A stretch of DNA of 64,000 bases, taken from positions 14,480,945 to 14,544,944 of the forward strand of contig NC_090416.1 in NCBI RefSeq assembly GCF_036365525.1. Direction: 5' to 3'. The notes under the pieces are model-generated. The model was not told the DNA's origin. It ran no database searches and worked only from the letters and a program-made list of their open reading frames with translations. Numbering within the stretch: position 1 is the first letter of the stretch; each line of letters opens with the position of its first letter. The translations under genes were made by a program, and so were the position numbers. The stretch is from Heterodontus francisci (lineage: Eukaryota). Positions 59,901-64,000 of the stretch are shown piece after piece.

Positions 59901-62900
59901 AGGCTGCGACTCTCCGCCTTCGGACCCTGCAGAGATACCTGTACGTCGAGCGTCCTCCCAGATGGTGTGCGCTGGCGACGTATTTTTTCCGCCAGTGTCA
60001 CTGCCTTCAAGACGACACGCAGCTCCCGGTGGAGTCCGTTAGCCGCGCCTCTCTGAGGGAGTTGCCTGTCTTTTACCGGGATCTTTTCCGAGTCTGGAAC
60101 ATGGTCGCCTCCAGTCAGGGCGCTCCCCCGCCGGCGGAGGTGAGCGCCTCGGCTGTCAAGGCGGCCGACTCCGGGGACGGTCCGGCGGGCGGAGGAGTAG
60201 CCGAAACCCCCGGGACGCCCCTCACTGCGGGTGGCGAGGGGGCTCGGGAGTGCGGAGCGATCCCGGCCAAGCTGACTCCCGCTCGGCCGGAACTGCTCAT
60301 CGGACCCAGGCCCCGAAACCCTCCTCGGGAGCCGGTCCCGCACAACCCGAGCCGCCTCTCGGAAATGCCCTCCGTGCCATTCCAATCGGCGCGGAGGGGT
60401 TTACTGTACGGGCTGCTCCTGCACACTCTCCACTTCCTCGCCCTCGTCAGCCGGCCGGACACACCCTGGCGGTCCGCGTTGCCATCTGGCGGCGAGGGGA
60501 AACCCCGATGGAGGTCTCTCTACGCGGGGGTCTTCCCCCTTTACATCGGGGACCTGGGGTGGAGGGTGCTGCACAGAGCAGTCCCGTGCAATAGGCTTTT
60601 AAGTAGGTTCACGGACTCCCAGACCAGCTGTACTTTCTGCGGCCTGGACGAGTCCGTGTTCCACATTTATATGGAGTGTGCGAGGTTGCAGCCCCTCTTT
60701 GAGTATCTGAAGGGGCTGCTCCTCAAATTCTGGCTGCACTTCAGTCCCACGCTCCTGATCTTTGGGCACCCGGTGCGGAGGGGCTCGGGCCGGGAGGAGG
60801 ATCTCCTCGTCGGTCTGCTCCTGGGCCTGGCCAAGGTGGCAATTCACAGGTCCAGGTTGCGGGCCGTCGGGGGGTCCGTCCTCCCCGATTGCCTGCCCCT
60901 CTTCCGCGGTTACGTTCGCGCCCGGGTGTCCCTGGAAAAGGAGCATGCGGTGTCAGCCGGTACGCTTGAGGCCTTCCGCGACCGGTGGGCACCGCCGGGA
61001 CTGGAGTGCATTGTCGACGCCGAGAATGGCATTTTAATTTGAGTTTTTTGTTTATTTATCTGGTTTTAATAAAGTTATTTTAAAACTGTAACTATGTACA
61101 TAAAGGGGGCCTGAGGAATAAAGGCCCCCTCAAGATAAAAAAAACGGGGGTTAGATACAGAGTAAAGCTCCCTCTACACTGTCCCCATCAAACACTCCCA
61201 GGACGGACTGCAGAGAGGAGGACAGAAGGCATTAAAGGGACATCACCAAGGATGACTCACCTCGCAAGGGCGAAGAAGGCAGTGAGGAGCGGAAGAAGCT
61301 TCAGTACCTCCTGAGGGATGTATGTGGAGAGCACGATGAGGTTGATGAGGAAGAGGACAAAGAGGTGGACGGAGTCGGTTACAAAACGCAGGTGGATCTC
61401 CACCTCCTCCTTGCGGGGCGCGAAGGGCTCGAGGGAGGCAGAGCAGCACCTGGCCAAACCGTAGACGATGATACCTGCCAAAGTGGGGAAAGACAAGTGA
61501 CGCGGGTGAAATTACCAAAGGCGCCATGTTAACTGAGCTCGGGCACGAACCGGGGAAGCTCAATCCGAAGTCGCAAAACGTGCTGGCACGGGTCGGCTTT
61601 CCATTCACTCAGTCTCCGGATGCTGGCGAGGCTGGCATTTGTCGCCCTTCCCTAATTGCCCCTTGCGAAGGTGGCGGTGAGCTGCCCCCCCCCCCCCCCC
61701 CACCCCCCTTGAGTCACTGCAGGCCAAGTGGTGTCGGTGCACCCGCAGCGCTGGTAGGGAGGGAGTTCCAGCCTCGCCGGTTTGTTAACTAAAAGAACTG
61801 GATGTTGGTCTGGGTCTGGAGTCACGTATAGGCCCAGACCCGGGTAAGGACAAGCCGGTTTCCTTCCCTAAAGGGGCATTCAGGAACAGCTTTCGCTGAA
61901 ACCCTCAAGAGTCAGTTAGGTTGTGTGGGACTGCAAGTCGCATGTCGGAGGTGGTCGTATTTTTCCCGGCACTCTAGCCATTTCCGACTCTCCAGCGACA
62001 GGATCGCAACGCGTGATCTCCCAATTCCGCCTGCCCCTCCCCGCACCCCCCATCCCAACCCCCCACCCCCAACAACCCAGGGTTCCTGTAACCAGTGTCT
62101 CCCACCCGAGCTCATTCTTTGCCCCATCACTGTGCAGTGCCTCACCTCCCATCGTCTCCCCTTCCTCTTACTCCCGACCGCACGCTGCCCGCCCCTCACC
62201 AAGTACTCCCGTTTAGATCTGCTCAGTGTCACCCTATCAATGCGCCAGAGATCCGCCGGCTAGGACAAAATGGGGCACCGAGGGAGAACGCCGCGCCCCC
62301 TCTTGATGTTACCCTCGCCTCCTTGCTCGCACTGCGTCCCGTTCCGCTGTCACCCCCTCACACTTGCTGACCGACACTGGCTCCCGGTCCGGCAACCCCT
62401 CGATTCTCGAATTTTCAACCTCGTTTTCATGGCCCTCGCCCACCCCCTCCCTATCTCTGTCACCTCCTCCAGCCCCCTACAACCCTCCGAGATCTCTGCA
62501 CTCCTCCAATTCCAGCCTCTTGCACATCCCCCCCCCGATTCCCATCGCTCCACCATTGGCGGCCGTGCCTTCAGCTGCCTGGGGGGCCCTAAACTCTGGA
62601 ATTCTCTCCCGAAAACTCTCCACCTCTCTATTGGGCGTTTGTCCTACAGATTGAGCCTTGGTTCATTCATAGTCCCACTTCCAGCACCAATCTCCCGCAT
62701 CCCCCCCCCGCAAACTTATCTCACACCAGAAGGGGTTGTCTTACCCATTATGATGGGGACGGTTGCAAAGACACTGCATCGGAGGGTGTAAATCATCCGG
62801 ACGGTGAGGTCGGGCATCAGGGGCACGTCGAAGGGCAGGAAGACATAGGCCCCATACAGGAAGCAGGGATAGATGATTAGTGCAGCTGCCATTGCTGCCG

Positions 62901-63567
62901 TGGCCTTCAGATTGGGCCGGGTGCAGCTGGCACAACACGGGCGCTTCTGCCCGCGTGCCTCCCCATTCGACTCTGGCCACTCGGCATCCGGCAGGGCGTA
63001 GCTCCTGGGGGCCAGCCAGTCGCCTTGGCTACGGCAGTGGGCCGCCAGAAAGGGTTGGCGATCGAGGTCGCTGCCGTTCCCCACTGGCTTCTCGGCGTCC
63101 AGCCACAGCCCCTCCTCCCTCGTGCCATCCTCTGACGGCGTGGCACAGCGGGGACCCACCACGCGCACCGTGGGATTGAAGACGGTGGGCACCGTGCCCG
63201 CTGGCCCGCCCTCCTCCTCAGGCCCCGGGTTGTCGGCTGCGCGGTCCCCGCCGGGGCTGCAGGTTTCCGGTTCGCCCGCCGCGTGGGCCTGGGCGCCGGA
63301 GGCCTCCGTGCCCTCTGTCTGGCTCGTCTGCGCGGAGGAGTCCGCAAAGGTCGCCATCTCCATGCCGTTTTCTCCGGCAACCGAGGGCTGGTTGCTATCG
63401 GGGTATTTCAGCGTGGCGGAGGTGTGAAGCAAAGGGGTATCGCCTGACTCTGAGGATCCTGAGCTCCGCGGACTGTCTAGGTCTTCCTGCTGCTCGGGCG
63501 CAGTCTCCGAAACCTCTTCCTCGTGAGGAATCAGCTTGTCCTGAACCATGGGCAGGAACCCAGACAT
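53978..63567 (-). CDS. TMEM79: Transmembrane protein 79 (mattrin), 413 aa from ATG 63567; coding exons 62745-63567, 61261-61474, 53978-54182
   Basis: [108 protein letters not shown]..FWG*. Acceptor before 63579; the upstream exon is outside the window. Confidence 0.95.
54463..54545 (-). repeat. About 70-bp repeat, left flank of the Tx1 insertion
   Basis: GGTTAGATACAGAGTAAATCTCCCTCCACACTGTCCCCATCAAACACTCCCAGGACAGGTACAGCAC is the reverse complement of the 42326-42794 unit. Confidence 0.92.
55255..57272 (+). pseudogene. Tx1 ORF1 (RRM-like region plus CCHC knuckle), disrupted
   Basis: IVAASKMYGKAVLFL, LSNVPPFI, SFRRQLFM, CHVCKGVGHVRKNC. In-frame TGA at 56251-56253; apparent frameshift near 57040 before the helical C-terminus LRDFL..ALDRWSNLALIIQSV..SQ* (stop 57270-57272). 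Confidence 0.85.
57305..61042 (+). pseudogene. Tx1 ORF2 (AP endonuclease, RT, C-terminal zinc finger) with one in-frame stop
   Basis: SLNING, LQETH, GGDFN, SRIDR, SDH; KSPGLDG, NWRPVSL, DQEKAFD, GVRQGCP, YADD; CTFC..ESVFH..C. Single TAG at 58631-58633. Confidence 0.93.
61145..61204 (-). repeat. About 70-bp repeat, right flank of the Tx1 insertion
   Basis: CGGGGGTTAGATACAGAGTAAAGCTCCCTCTACACTGTCCCCATCAAACACTCCCAGGAC continues the unit in register. Confidence 0.92.
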
Positions 63568-64000
63568 TTCGAGCAGCTCCTGTAATGACAAGCACATCAG
63601 ATTTACAGTACAGAAACAGGCCATTCGGCCCAACCAGTCCATGCCAGTGTTCATGCTCCACACAAGTGGGTCAGAGGGTGGAAATTCTGCAGTGAGTAAC
63701 TCACCTCCTGACTCCCCAAAGCCTGTCCACCATCTACAAGGCACAAGTCAGGAGTGTGATGGAATACTCTCCACTTGCCTGGATGGGTGCAGCTCCAACA
63801 ACACTCAAGAAGCTCAACACCATCCAGGACAAAGCAGCCCACTTGATCATCACCCCATTCACTAACATTCACTCCCTCCACCACCGACGCACAGTGGCAG
63901 CAGTGTGTACCATCCACAAGATGCACTGCAGCAACTCACCAAGGCCCCTTCGACAGCATCTTCCAAACCCGTGACCTCTACCAACTAGACGGACAAGAGC

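Larger units (their letters stand above)
54546..61144 (+). mobile_element. Full-length Tx1-type (L1 superfamily) non-LTR retrotransposon, recently inactivated, in the last TMEM79 intron
   Basis: About 700-bp 5' UTR, ORF1, ORF2, short 3' UTR with AATAAA, hairpin and A-tail; flanked on both sides by the about 70-bp repeat. Confidence 0.95.

Noticed and set aside
56397-61037. Many overlapping or antisense ORFs such as 59195-60385 and 58409-59152
   Set aside because: Shadows of GC-rich Tx1 coding sequence, with no independent motifs.
54479-61204. Reading the two satellite flanks of Tx1 as a long TSD
   Set aside because: The flanks are sequential parts of the tandem unit with internal differences, and the right copy stops before the segment abutting the left junction. 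Insertion between pre-existing units fits better.
62716-63744. N-terminal extension of the 342-aa TMEM79 ORF (MPCRWW...)
   Set aside because: Sequence above 63579 is intronic LINE debris beyond a splice acceptor; the coding start is taken as ATG 63567.

Overview
Eukaryotic (vertebrate) genomic DNA, most likely a shark or other cartilaginous fish (inferred from HE1/V-SINE and Deu-domain SINE types). It is syntenic with human 1q22. Four recognisable spliced genes were reconstructed by hand with phase-consistent exons: SSR2 (- strand, last exon left of the window), CCT3 (+, 14 exons, 542 aa), GLMP (+, 6 exons, 413 aa) and TMEM79 (-, 3 coding exons, 413 aa). Introns and intergenic DNA are rich in CR1, L2 and RTE LINE fragments and SINEs. 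There is one full-length CR1 with two open ORFs, one full-length, recently inactivated Tx1-type LINE, and three minisatellites (28/31, 33 and ~70 bp). Best leads: (1) the Tx1 element sits exactly in register inside a ~70-bp dispersed minisatellite, suggesting a new target-site-specific Tx1 family; (2) an unrecognised 3-exon, 130-aa gene between GLMP and TMEM79; (3) remnants of a PDIA3-like gene head-to-head with SSR2 around a perfect ERSE; (4) degenerate Penelope-type minimal hammerhead ribozymes; (5) a U12 intron in SSR2 and a GC-AG intron in CCT3. No database search was run; family assignments come from recognising motifs.
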